DNA of 64,000 bases from a virus, in IMG/VR virus record IMGVR_UViG_3300005836_000042, positions 3,616 to 67,615 of that record. One strand, given 5' to 3'. Below are positions 18,874 to 27,381 of this stretch, piece after piece (the stretch's first letter is position 1; every line of letters starts with the position of its first letter). Position numbers and translations under genes: made by a program. The notes under the pieces are model-generated. The model was not told the origin of the DNA. It ran no database searches and was given only the letters and a program-made list of their open reading frames with translations.

Positions 18874-20006
18874 TGCGGAAGAGAACGTGGGTGTTCGCGT
18901 GGGCCTGGACGGTCGGGGCCACTCTAATTACGGGGTGCAGCACCGGGGGGCATCCGCAGCCTCCGCAACCCCCGGAGCCTCCGCCGCCGACACCGCAGTG
19001 CAGTGAGGGGCAGAGCTACAGCTGCTGGCACCGTCCTCCTGGGAACGAGTGGCTCTACGCCTGTCCGGTCTACAACTCGGCTGGACAGGTGGTGGGGATC
19101 CTGAACGTCGCGGGCGGGCCTGCGCAGTGCCCGAAGCCGCCGACTGAGCCTCCGGTGGAACCTCCGGTTCCTCCGCCTTCTGGGAACTACTTCCTTGACG
19201 ACGAGGCACTGTCGGTCGTGGGGCCTGCCTCCAAGAACACCTGGAACAAGACGTGGGAGGCGCTCCAACAGTGGAAGGCTGCGAACCAGGACAAGTTCCG
19301 AAACGAGAACTGCCTCAAGGCGGGAGGAGCGGGGATCGACGATGCCTACGACGGCATCGGTGCGCTTCTTCGGTCGAAGGGGTCCGACGCAGGACAGTCG
19401 ATCGACGACGGCGGAAAGAAGTCGGACTGCATCTTCGTCAACGACTCGGGGAACGTCTACGAGGAGAACCACCTGTTCGAGTACGGGGGTGGGTGCTACT
19501 CGACGTCGAGCAGCTCGATCAAGAACGCATGGCGATACTCCGGTGGTGGAACGACTCCGCCGCCTGTTCAGCCTCCGCCGAGCAGTGGAGACTGTCCGCA
19601 CCAGCCCTGTCCGATCCACGAGTGGACTCAGGCGACGTTGCCACCGGGATGGGATCCTGCGCTCGTGGGCTCTCCTGCGGGACTGATGAACTGCAACCCG
19701 CATGGCTCGGGAGCTGACAAGGACTGCACACCGCTCGCGCAGCGGCAGGAGCCATTCTGCGCAGCGATCGGCATGAGTCCCTATGCGGACGGTCAGCCAA
19801 GAAACGACTGCCCCATGAGACCGGACGGTCACCCGGAGCGGCTCGACATGGAGCTGTGGTTCCTCTACGGAGGCTGGAAGCGGGAGGGAAGGAACGGGCA
19901 GGACTGCACTCCCGCGAAGTCGGAGAGCCAAGCCTCGATCCTGAACGGGACCGGAAACTGCCGCATGTGCAACGCCAAGGGCACCATGTGCTCACCGTGG
20001 TTCTGA
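18873..20006 (+). CDS. Cys-rich multidomain lipoprotein
   Basis: MRKR n-region, hydrophobic stretch, lipobox LITG-C; 18 Cys; Pro-rich linkers. Confidence 0.75.
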   Translation: MRKRTWVFAWAWTVGATLITGCSTGGHPQPPQPPEPPPPTPQCSEGQSYSCWHRPPGNEWLYACPVYNSAGQVVGILNVAGGPAQCPKPPTEPPVEPPVPPPSGNYFLDDEALSVVGPASKNTWNKTWEALQQWKAANQDKFRNENCLKAGGAGIDDAYDGIGALLRSKGSDAGQSIDDGGKKSDCIFVNDSGNVYEENHLFEYGGGCYSTSSSSIKNAWRYSGGGTTPPPVQPPPSSGDCPHQPCPIHEWTQATLPPGWDPALVGSPAGLMNCNPHGSGADKDCTPLAQRQEPFCAAIGMSPYADGQPRNDCPMRPDGHPERLDMELWFLYGGWKREGRNGQDCTPAKSESQASILNGTGNCRMCNAKGTMCSPWF

Positions 20007-20007
20007 A

Positions 20008-20358
20008 ATGCTCGACGACGATTCCATCCCTCCAGGCAAGCTGAAGCGACGAAGTGGAGACGTGATCTCTGCACAGAGGATCGTCATGGCTCTTCTTGCG
20101 TCGACGCCACTGACGATTCCTGGGGTGGTCAAGGGAGGGCAGATGGTCCTCGACATCCACACGCAGTGGATCGAGATGCAGAAGGACCACGAGCGGCTGC
20201 ACGAGATCGAGAGACAGCTCTCCGTTGCGGACCCGCACGAGAAGCGGTTGGACTCGTTGGAGCGGTGGAAGTGCGTCCTAGGGTGGGATCCTCCGAAGAC
20301 TCGGCTCAGAGGGAACACGGCGCAGTGCCATGATGGGCAACGCGATGCCGATCAGTAA
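20008..20358 (+). CDS. hypothetical protein with hydrophobic segment and coiled coil
   Basis: 116 aa; RIVMALLASTPLTIPGVV then heptad-like region. Confidence 0.6.
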   Translation: MLDDDSIPPGKLKRRSGDVISAQRIVMALLASTPLTIPGVVKGGQMVLDIHTQWIEMQKDHERLHEIERQLSVADPHEKRLDSLERWKCVLGWDPPKTRLRGNTAQCHDGQRDADQ

Positions 20359-20524
20359 GTACGACCCGGAGTTCGGTGGGAAGCAGGGCGCAGCCGAGGA
20401 AGCACACGCCAACATGATCAAGGAGTACGGCGCGAAGAAAGGCGAGAAGGTCTTCTACGCGACGAAGAACAAGCGGAAGAAGAAACTGAAGGCGCACGCG
20501 CAAGCGGCTGCGCTGGGGGGATGA
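20342..20524 (+). CDS. small Lys-rich protein
   Basis: MPISKY...KVFYATKNKRKKKLKAHAQAAALGG; start ATG 20345 (track gives 20330). Confidence 0.75.
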   Translation, partial: AMPISKYDPEFGGKQGAAEEAHANMIKEYGAKKGEKVFYATKNKRKKKLKAHAQAAALGG

Positions 20525-20525
20525 G

Positions 20526-20711
20526 ATGGCCTACACGGGGTTCAAGAAGCTCGTCGCAGAGGGCGTCCCTCCGGGCGCCGCTGCGAACATCGGACGCAAG
20601 AAGTACGGCAAGGAGAAGTTCCAGAAGGCTGCGGCGCAGGGCAAGAAGATGAAGGGCATGAAGCCGAAGAGCAAGGCTCATGCTCAAGCCAGCGCGCTGG
20701 AGGGAATGTGA
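20526..20711 (+). CDS. small Lys-rich protein
   Basis: 61 aa ending KSKAHAQASALEGM. Confidence 0.8.
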   Translation: MAYTGFKKLVAEGVPPGAAANIGRKKYGKEKFQKAAAQGKKMKGMKPKSKAHAQASALEGM

Positions 20712-21025
20712 GCACAGTCGGTGTGGGCAGCGGCTACAACCCGCTGTCGGTGTGGCAGGACCCCAACGGGGTACGCAAGTTCTCCAACGCGAAGCTGCAG
20801 AGCGCCATCGACGACGCCATTGCAGCTTCGGGGGACTCGCACTTCGTCGCGGTTGCGCATCAGGTCTACAACCAGAACGGTGACCAGATCGAGAACGTGA
20901 CGAAGGTCTCGCTCCTGGTCAAGCTCGACAGCGCAGGCAAGTTCTCGATCGCTGCTGGCGGATACAAGGACTGGACGAAGGGTGATCTGGGCGCCGAGGC
21001 CAAGGTCATCTGGAAGCCGTTCTAA
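20708..21025 (+). CDS. hypothetical protein
   Basis: 105 aa, GTGA overlap. Confidence 0.7.
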   Translation: MSTVGVGSGYNPLSVWQDPNGVRKFSNAKLQSAIDDAIAASGDSHFVAVAHQVYNQNGDQIENVTKVSLLVKLDSAGKFSIAAGGYKDWTKGDLGAEAKVIWKPF

Positions 21026-21036
21026 GGGAGGACACG

Positions 21037-21249
21037 ATGTCAGACGTCAAGCTCAGCAAGGACTACAACCCCTGGATTTCGTTGTGGAAGGGACTGCAAC
21101 CGCTCCTGGTCACGGCGGTGGTAGGAGCGCTCACGACCTACGTCCAGAACCTGGATGTGGCGACTGCGGTTTCGCTGGGTCTCCCTGTGGGGATCGCGGC
21201 TTTCTTGGTTCCAGCGTTGAAGAACTTCCTGAAGAACCGCAACAACTGA
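21037..21249 (+). CDS. holin-like membrane protein
   Basis: 70 aa, two hydrophobic segments, basic C-terminus, GGAGG SD. Confidence 0.55.
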   Translation: MSDVKLSKDYNPWISLWKGLQPLLVTAVVGALTTYVQNLDVATAVSLGLPVGIAAFLVPALKNFLKNRNN

Positions 21250-21250
21250 G

Positions 21251-22576
21251 ATGAAGCAGCCCCGTCAAGGTCGGACGTTCGAGCGTCTCAACGGTACGGA
21301 CGGGTTTGCCTGGGGAGGGATCGCCACCAAGGTCGACCCTGCAGGCAACCCGCCGGAACGCCCCCGAGACACCGTCAACGTCCGTCATCAAGGCGGGGTC
21401 ATCGTCTCGCGGCCTTCGTTCAGGGGGGACGGAGTCTTCATCCCCCTGATCCCGATCCACTACCTGAAGACGCCGAGTGCTTCTGAGAACCCACCGTTCG
21501 TGGTGACCAACCGTGCGCGGTGGGTTCCGCATTGGCTGGCCGAGCACAACAATGCTGCCGGGGTGAGGCTGTGGTGCATTGCTGAGGCAGCGGTGCCCAA
21601 CGACTTCGCTCGGATCATGTTCATCGACACCGATGCGGACCTGTGCGTCCAGACGCTGGCCTCGATCAGGCAGCAGCAGACTGGGCATACCTTTCCGATC
21701 GAGAAGTTCGACAACGAGATCTACTTCGGGGACATCAACGGGCTCAGGAAGCTCTACTTGATCCCGTCGCGGGAGGGAGACAACTCGCCTCCGATCGACA
21801 CCGACCAGATCGCGGACGACGTGATCGTCTCCACGCCAGGGTTCCGGGTGGCGGCGCTGCAGAGCCATGCTGGGCTTCTGTTCTTCGCCATCGCAGGCTC
21901 GCCCGTGGGGGAGATCTACGCCTGGGATGGTCAGAGCGTGGGGTTGGAAGTCGCGATGGTGGGCAGCTCTGGCGACGTGGGCTGCCACATGGCGGTCTAC
22001 AAGGACACCCTCGTCGTTGCGGTTCGGGACTACATCGGGGCCGGGCAGGGAGCCTTGCTCGTCAGAGACGCGACAGGAGCATGGACGACGCACACGCTCG
22101 CGAGCTTCAACGTCTCACGCTACCCCAACAGCATCGTCGAGTACGGGAACCTGCTTTACGTCGTGGATGGGGCTGACCAGATCCATACCTGGGATGGGAG
22201 CAACATCGCGTTGGCCCACACGCTTCCGCTGGGGTCGAGCGCGTTGAACGTGATCGCGAAGTTGGGGAGGCGGCTCTACTTCCCCTACAGCGACGGCTCT
22301 CAGATCGAGCTGGGCTACGTCGACGATCTCGACGCAGCAGGCTTCATCGACATCGGCACGCGGGATCCGGTTCGGGCAGACACCTTGCCGCCTGTGGCCA
22401 TGTCGCACTACCGGGGTAGGTTGTGGATCTCCTTCGATGGTGGTGCTGGGGCAGCGCTTGTCATGTGGCACTCCCAGCAGTTCATGCCCTTCTCTGGCTG
22501 GCAGTCATTTGGGGATGATCAGGCCTTCACGGATGAATCCATCTCCTACCTGATCACCAACATGAGGAGCCTCTAG
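21251..22576 (+). CDS. tail protein, beta-propeller-like (nozzle N-terminal-like)
   Basis: GG...NVRHQGGVIVSRP N-terminus typical of nozzle/tubular B proteins; repeated beta blades. Confidence 0.6.
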   Translation: MKQPRQGRTFERLNGTDGFAWGGIATKVDPAGNPPERPRDTVNVRHQGGVIVSRPSFRGDGVFIPLIPIHYLKTPSASENPPFVVTNRARWVPHWLAEHNNAAGVRLWCIAEAAVPNDFARIMFIDTDADLCVQTLASIRQQQTGHTFPIEKFDNEIYFGDINGLRKLYLIPSREGDNSPPIDTDQIADDVIVSTPGFRVAALQSHAGLLFFAIAGSPVGEIYAWDGQSVGLEVAMVGSSGDVGCHMAVYKDTLVVAVRDYIGAGQGALLVRDATGAWTTHTLASFNVSRYPNSIVEYGNLLYVVDGADQIHTWDGSNIALAHTLPLGSSALNVIAKLGRRLYFPYSDGSQIELGYVDDLDAAGFIDIGTRDPVRADTLPPVAMSHYRGRLWISFDGGAGAALVMWHSQQFMPFSGWQSFGDDQAFTDESISYLITNMRSL

Positions 22577-24756
22577 TGTACGCAGTCGGAGTCACCGCTT
22601 CAGTGGAAGCCAACATCATCACGGGAGGCGGTGGAGTCTACCTCGTTGGCCAACAGGACGGTGGCTGGGGGAGGCTCGGGGCGGGCTGCGTCGACCAGAA
22701 GGAGGGGCTTGGGCAGAACCGTGGACGTTGGTTCTCGCCGCTCCCGTTCGGAGTGGCTCCAACGGGAGAGTACCCCTCTGTTGTCACCTACAACGGGCGC
22801 ACCTACGTCTGTGGTGGGTACTCCTACCAGATCGTCATCGACGAGCACCACAGGATCTGGAAGCAGGGGATTCGCGCGCCCGAGGCAGCACCGGCGATCA
22901 CTGGGGCGGCTGGTGCGACCAACATCGCGTACCTGTCGTGGTGGGACGAGCTGACAGGAGAACGCAGCCCGCTCAGCAAGGGGTTCGCCATCGGAGATGC
23001 TGTTCCGAGAACCTGGAACACCCTGCCCATCGCACCGCCTGACGACGTCTTCATCGGCAACGAGCTGATCACGGCGGATCTTCCCTATGGGACTGGCAGG
23101 ACGAAGCCCTTGGCGATCCGCTATCCCTACGGCGGAAAGATCCGTCAGCTGCGTGGAGGTGACCGCTACACTCTGACTGGGACGACGGTGGGCATGGTCG
23201 TCTACCCAGGCTGCGTGGACGATGCTGTGGCGCCTGCGCCTGGGCCGACCGAGCCGGTGATCCTGTGCGACCCGTTTGGTGAGGTCAGCGCGCTGCAGAC
23301 AGGGATCACGGTCTACCCCGTGTCGCGGCCGACGCATCTGGAGTTGTGGCTGGCGATTGCCGGAGACCTGCCACGGCTGGCGATGCGGGTGCCTGCAGGA
23401 ACGACGACCGTCGTCGAGAGCAAGGGCATCGCTGATCTTGGGGAGGCGTTCATCACCCAGTTTCAACGCTTCCCTCGCTGCTCGATGAACGCCATCTACC
23501 ATGACCGTCAGATCGTGGCTGGTGACCTGGAGAACCCGGACACCGTCTACTTGAGTGCCCTCTACCAGCCTGAGCGCTTCGAGGGGCTCAGCTTCCGGAC
23601 TCGGGATGGGAAGGCGGTCACAGGGCTGTTGGCGACGAGGGACTTCTGCCTCGTCACCACGCGCAGCGGTGCGTACATGCTGCAGGGGTACACCGACAAC
23701 GACTACACCATGAACCCCATCGACCAGTCGATCGGGGCGGTGGGGCACCACTGCAACATCCTGATCCACGGGAACCCGTACGTGTGGAGCGAGAAGGGGC
23801 CGTACATGTACAACGGCGGTTGGCACCCGCTGAGCCCTGAGAACCGCTGGGTGCCTCCGGTTGGTGGGGACAAGATGATCGCCACCGAGGACCCCTACTA
23901 CAACACCTACATCGTGTCGCAGGGCTATCGGGCGGCGAAGGCTTTCAACGAGCCGTTCGCGACGTGGAAGGAGTCGGGAGCGTTCGAGGGGCTCTACGAC
24001 CCGGATCTGGTTTCCCCAACTGAGCTGCCTGAGCTGTTGAAGTACTTCGCGGTGCTTGACTACACTCTGGTGCAGCCGGAGACGGGTGGAGCTGTGCAGC
24101 CCGCGCGGTTGGGATGGGACTCGGGGCAGGCCTGGATCTTCCCCAACGAGAGCCCTCCGGACAGCTTGCTGCTCGATGACGAGGTCTTCATGAAGTACCT
24201 GCGGAACAGGTACGGCAGGGGCAACCTCTATCGCATCATTGGGAACAGGAAGAGCGAGTACGTCGCTGCGGACTGGCTCGATGATCCTCCGACGTCGCCG
24301 TCTTTCTGGGTCAGTGGGATGTTGCTGCCTGAGGCCCTGATCGAGCTGGACTTCGGACCTGAGGAGGAGAGCCAGATCATCACGGCGTTCGACTATCTGG
24401 GGGATGGTGGCGGCTACCTCATGGAGCAGAAGCAGATCAAGCGGCTCTGGTACTACATGAGGATGCTGGATGGAGCCGTGCAACTCTACGTGGGGCCTGG
24501 GCCGGGGTACTGGGGGAGCCGGATGTACCCAACCACTGCCCCTGCAATCGTCAACACGGTGACCTTCGTGAACGGGGAGTACCGAGACGGGGTGGTTGAG
24601 GCCCCACACGCCGACGTCATCATGCCGCTTCTGCCTCAGAACTTGAGCGGGCGGGGGATGTGGCTCAGGCTCCGAGGGACGAAGCTGTTCTTCTGTGGGT
24701 ACGGGGTCGAAACGATCTGGGGTTCCGAGGTGATCAACACTCTCGCCAGCCCTTGA
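22576..24756 (+). CDS. tail nozzle/stabilisation protein (P22 gp10 / tubular B-like)
   Basis: YHDRQIVAG...TVYLSALYQPERF...VTGL...IGAVG propeller motifs; precedes ejection-like genes. Confidence 0.65.
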   Translation: MYAVGVTASVEANIITGGGGVYLVGQQDGGWGRLGAGCVDQKEGLGQNRGRWFSPLPFGVAPTGEYPSVVTYNGRTYVCGGYSYQIVIDEHHRIWKQGIRAPEAAPAITGAAGATNIAYLSWWDELTGERSPLSKGFAIGDAVPRTWNTLPIAPPDDVFIGNELITADLPYGTGRTKPLAIRYPYGGKIRQLRGGDRYTLTGTTVGMVVYPGCVDDAVAPAPGPTEPVILCDPFGEVSALQTGITVYPVSRPTHLELWLAIAGDLPRLAMRVPAGTTTVVESKGIADLGEAFITQFQRFPRCSMNAIYHDRQIVAGDLENPDTVYLSALYQPERFEGLSFRTRDGKAVTGLLATRDFCLVTTRSGAYMLQGYTDNDYTMNPIDQSIGAVGHHCNILIHGNPYVWSEKGPYMYNGGWHPLSPENRWVPPVGGDKMIATEDPYYNTYIVSQGYRAAKAFNEPFATWKESGAFEGLYDPDLVSPTELPELLKYFAVLDYTLVQPETGGAVQPARLGWDSGQAWIFPNESPPDSLLLDDEVFMKYLRNRYGRGNLYRIIGNRKSEYVAADWLDDPPTSPSFWVSGMLLPEALIELDFGPEEESQIITAFDYLGDGGGYLMEQKQIKRLWYYMRMLDGAVQLYVGPGPGYWGSRMYPTTAPAIVNTVTFVNGEYRDGVVEAPHADVIMPLLPQNLSGRGMWLRLRGTKLFFCGYGVETIWGSEVINTLASP

Positions 24757-24781
24757 GGGTGTAGACTTTAGAGGGTTTCCG

Positions 24782-25642
24782 ATGCCTTACGGCTATACGA
24801 ACGATCAGTGGAACTCGATGTCGCAGGCCGACCGCACGGCAGCGAGCCAGAAGGCTGCTGGTGGTGCAGGCTCCAACGACGCGAGCATCGGTGCTGCCAA
24901 CACGGCTCTGAAGCAGCAGGGGCTGCCGGGGCAGTACTCCAACACCGGCTATCAGGTTCTTGGGGGGTCGAAGGCTGGAGTTGGCTCGTCCCCCTCGCCA
25001 GCTGCTTCTGCTCTGTCCAGCATCCTGGGCGGAGGCGGTGGGCCTCCGGCGACGGCGAGCCAGATGGCTCAGCAGTCGGGGGTGCCGTCTGCTGGGGGCA
25101 TCGGTCTGCCGGTCGGTGGGGGGACGGTGGGCGCGGGAAGCGGAGCGGTTCCAGCTGCGGCTGGGAACTATTCCGCGACGGCGCAGCAGAACCCGTACAT
25201 CGCACAGCTGATGAAGCTGTCGCAGCAGCAGTTCAACACGCCGCTTGATCGAGAAGCTGAGCTGAGCAAGCTGCGTCGAGAGCAGAGCGTTCGGATGAAC
25301 GAAGCTCGGCAGGGTGGAGCGCAGGCTGGGCGCGGTGGGCTGTGGGGCTCGCAGCTGCAGGGGATGGCGCAGCAGAACGAGCAGGAGGTCGCGGGGACCA
25401 TCAAGGGCTTCAACGACCGCGAGACCCAGGCGAGGAACGCGCTGCTCTCGACGATGACGGGGATCGCGGGAGCGGGCACCAGCGACATCGCCTCGCAGCT
25501 GCAGGCACAGCTTGCTGCACAGCAGCTCAACGAAAATGCGCGACAGGCGAATCTTGACTACAACGCGAAGATCGCGCTTCTTCCCTATCAGGCCCAGGCG
25601 ATGCAGCTGCAGGCTGCAGCGGACCTGATGCGGTTGCTCTAG
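24782..25642 (+). CDS. putative DNA-ejection/internal virion protein
   Basis: Gly/Ala/Gln-rich, follows the nozzle. Confidence 0.55.
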   Translation: MPYGYTNDQWNSMSQADRTAASQKAAGGAGSNDASIGAANTALKQQGLPGQYSNTGYQVLGGSKAGVGSSPSPAASALSSILGGGGGPPATASQMAQQSGVPSAGGIGLPVGGGTVGAGSGAVPAAAGNYSATAQQNPYIAQLMKLSQQQFNTPLDREAELSKLRREQSVRMNEARQGGAQAGRGGLWGSQLQGMAQQNEQEVAGTIKGFNDRETQARNALLSTMTGIAGAGTSDIASQLQAQLAAQQLNENARQANLDYNAKIALLPYQAQAMQLQAAADLMRLL

Positions 25643-25652
25643 GAGGCCAGAA

Positions 25653-26201
25653 ATGGCGACCTTCACCTCTGGCTTCAACTACCCCACGGGCCAGCTCACC
25701 GCTTCCATGCAGGCTGATGCACTCAGCGGCTCGCCGGGGTTCGACACGGGAACGGGTGGGCTGCTCAACGCCATCCTCGCGGAGAAGCGGCGTCAGCAGG
25801 CGCTCGCCATGGACGCGCAGCGTCAGGCGAAGCTCGACGCTGAGCGGCAGGCTGCGATGGCCCGCCAGGAGTCCGCGAGGCAGCAGGGAAACGCGGCTCT
25901 GGCGATGCAGCAAGGCGATCCCTACACTCAGATGCAGCGGGCGCGAAACGTCTTTGGAAGGGACTACTCCAACTTCGCTGGTGCAATCGGGGGGCCGCAC
26001 GCGACCAACTACCAGCGTGCCATGCGCGAGACGATCGCTCCGATGTCGATCGGCTTTGGGAAGCTGCCGCAGTACACCGGGATCACAGATCTGGTGAACG
26101 CCAGCTCTGGCGCGAGTGCTGCTGCGGTTGAGCAGGCAGGAGCCAATCAGCGTAGCAAGGATCTGAACGCACGGTTGCAGGCCGACGCACTCCGGAGGTA
26201 G
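25653..26201 (+). CDS. putative DNA-ejection/internal virion protein
   Basis: Ala/Gln-rich; ASMQADAL near N-terminus and ARLQADAL at C-terminus. Confidence 0.55.
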   Translation: MATFTSGFNYPTGQLTASMQADALSGSPGFDTGTGGLLNAILAEKRRQQALAMDAQRQAKLDAERQAAMARQESARQQGNAALAMQQGDPYTQMQRARNVFGRDYSNFAGAIGGPHATNYQRAMRETIAPMSIGFGKLPQYTGITDLVNASSGASAAAVEQAGANQRSKDLNARLQADALRR

Positions 26202-26203
26202 CG

Positions 26204-27367
26204 ATGCCTGACGAGTACGGAAATCTCACTCCGGAGGAGTTGGCGAAAGAACGCCTCCGGCTCTACCAGATGGGAGTTGGTCTGGCGGGGCTGCGTCAGG
26301 GGATGCCGCACCCTGAGGGAGTAGATCTGCCTCAGCCTGATACTGCGGTGGAGTGGTCGAGTATCGGGATCCCAGGCATGACTCCCGAGCAGGCAGCGCT
26401 CGACAAGGAGATCGCACGGCGACAGCGGGAGCTGAACGCTAGAGCTGGCGCCATCAACACTGCGGAGCGCGCTGCGGGACTCGCAGGCAGAACGCGCGCG
26501 GCGCAGTCTCAGGTGGCTTCAGCTATCGGAGAGCCGTCCTCCAGGCAGCCACTCACAGCCGAGCAGGCCCTCATCGAGGGTGGGCAGTCCCCGGTGACTT
26601 CGACTGCTCCGACTGCTTCAACTGATCCTGGGGCGTTCGTTGGGCCAAAGCAGATGACGAAGGAGGTCATCACCGCAGTTCGTCAGCCGGATGGCCGGAT
26701 CGTCTTCACCAATGCGACGGTCCCCATCAATGACACCGCAGCGGAGAAGGCCTACGGAGAGGGCGTTGGTGACTGGCGCTCGAAGGCTCTCGCGGAGAAC
26801 GACATTCGAGCGAGGACTCAGGGGGGTCTCAACGCATCCGGGCAGGTGTCCCAGAACTTCCTGGTGGGGAACACGCCGGGCTATGGAGCGAGTCGTCAGC
26901 TTCCAGCCTTGTCGGCCAGCTTCGAGGACGTGCAACAGGAGTCCCCACTGATCCAAGACAAGTGGATGGCCAAGAAGCTGCAGGATCTGGGGCTCTCCAC
27001 GCAGGAAGCTGAGCTTGGTGGACTTGGCTCGCGGAACAGGTTGATGAACGCGCAGGCTGGGCTGGCGGAGGAACAGCTTCGTCGTCAGCAGAACCCGGAG
27101 ATCGCGGCGCGTGAGGTGTTGGCTCCGTACAACGTGACTCGGCAGGTCTTGGGTGAGGAGCGTGCAGCCAAGATCGAGGACGACTTCCACACCGCTGTCC
27201 GGGCACTTCAGGCGCTCGGGAAGTACGACCCGGCGGACGACATCGCGATTCGTCAGCGCATCATCGAGGCGAACACGGGGGATGCGGCCATTGCACAGCG
27301 TCTGGCAATCGCCATGGGTGGGAACGTCGCGGTTCAGGCTGCGCGGGCGCGAGGCTACTCCTACTGA
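26204..27367 (+). CDS. putative DNA-ejection/internal virion protein
   Basis: 387 aa, Ala/Gln-rich, precedes the large internal protein. Confidence 0.55.
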   Translation: MPDEYGNLTPEELAKERLRLYQMGVGLAGLRQGMPHPEGVDLPQPDTAVEWSSIGIPGMTPEQAALDKEIARRQRELNARAGAINTAERAAGLAGRTRAAQSQVASAIGEPSSRQPLTAEQALIEGGQSPVTSTAPTASTDPGAFVGPKQMTKEVITAVRQPDGRIVFTNATVPINDTAAEKAYGEGVGDWRSKALAENDIRARTQGGLNASGQVSQNFLVGNTPGYGASRQLPALSASFEDVQQESPLIQDKWMAKKLQDLGLSTQEAELGGLGSRNRLMNAQAGLAEEQLRRQQNPEIAAREVLAPYNVTRQVLGEERAAKIEDDFHTAVRALQALGKYDPADDIAIRQRIIEANTGDAAIAQRLAIAMGGNVAVQAARARGYSY

Positions 27368-27381
27368 GCGAGGTTTGATGC

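Noticed and set aside
18873-20006. Annotation as o-spanin or u-spanin
   Set aside because: 377 aa with three Cys-rich domains and no C-terminal TM; not adjacent to a clear i-spanin
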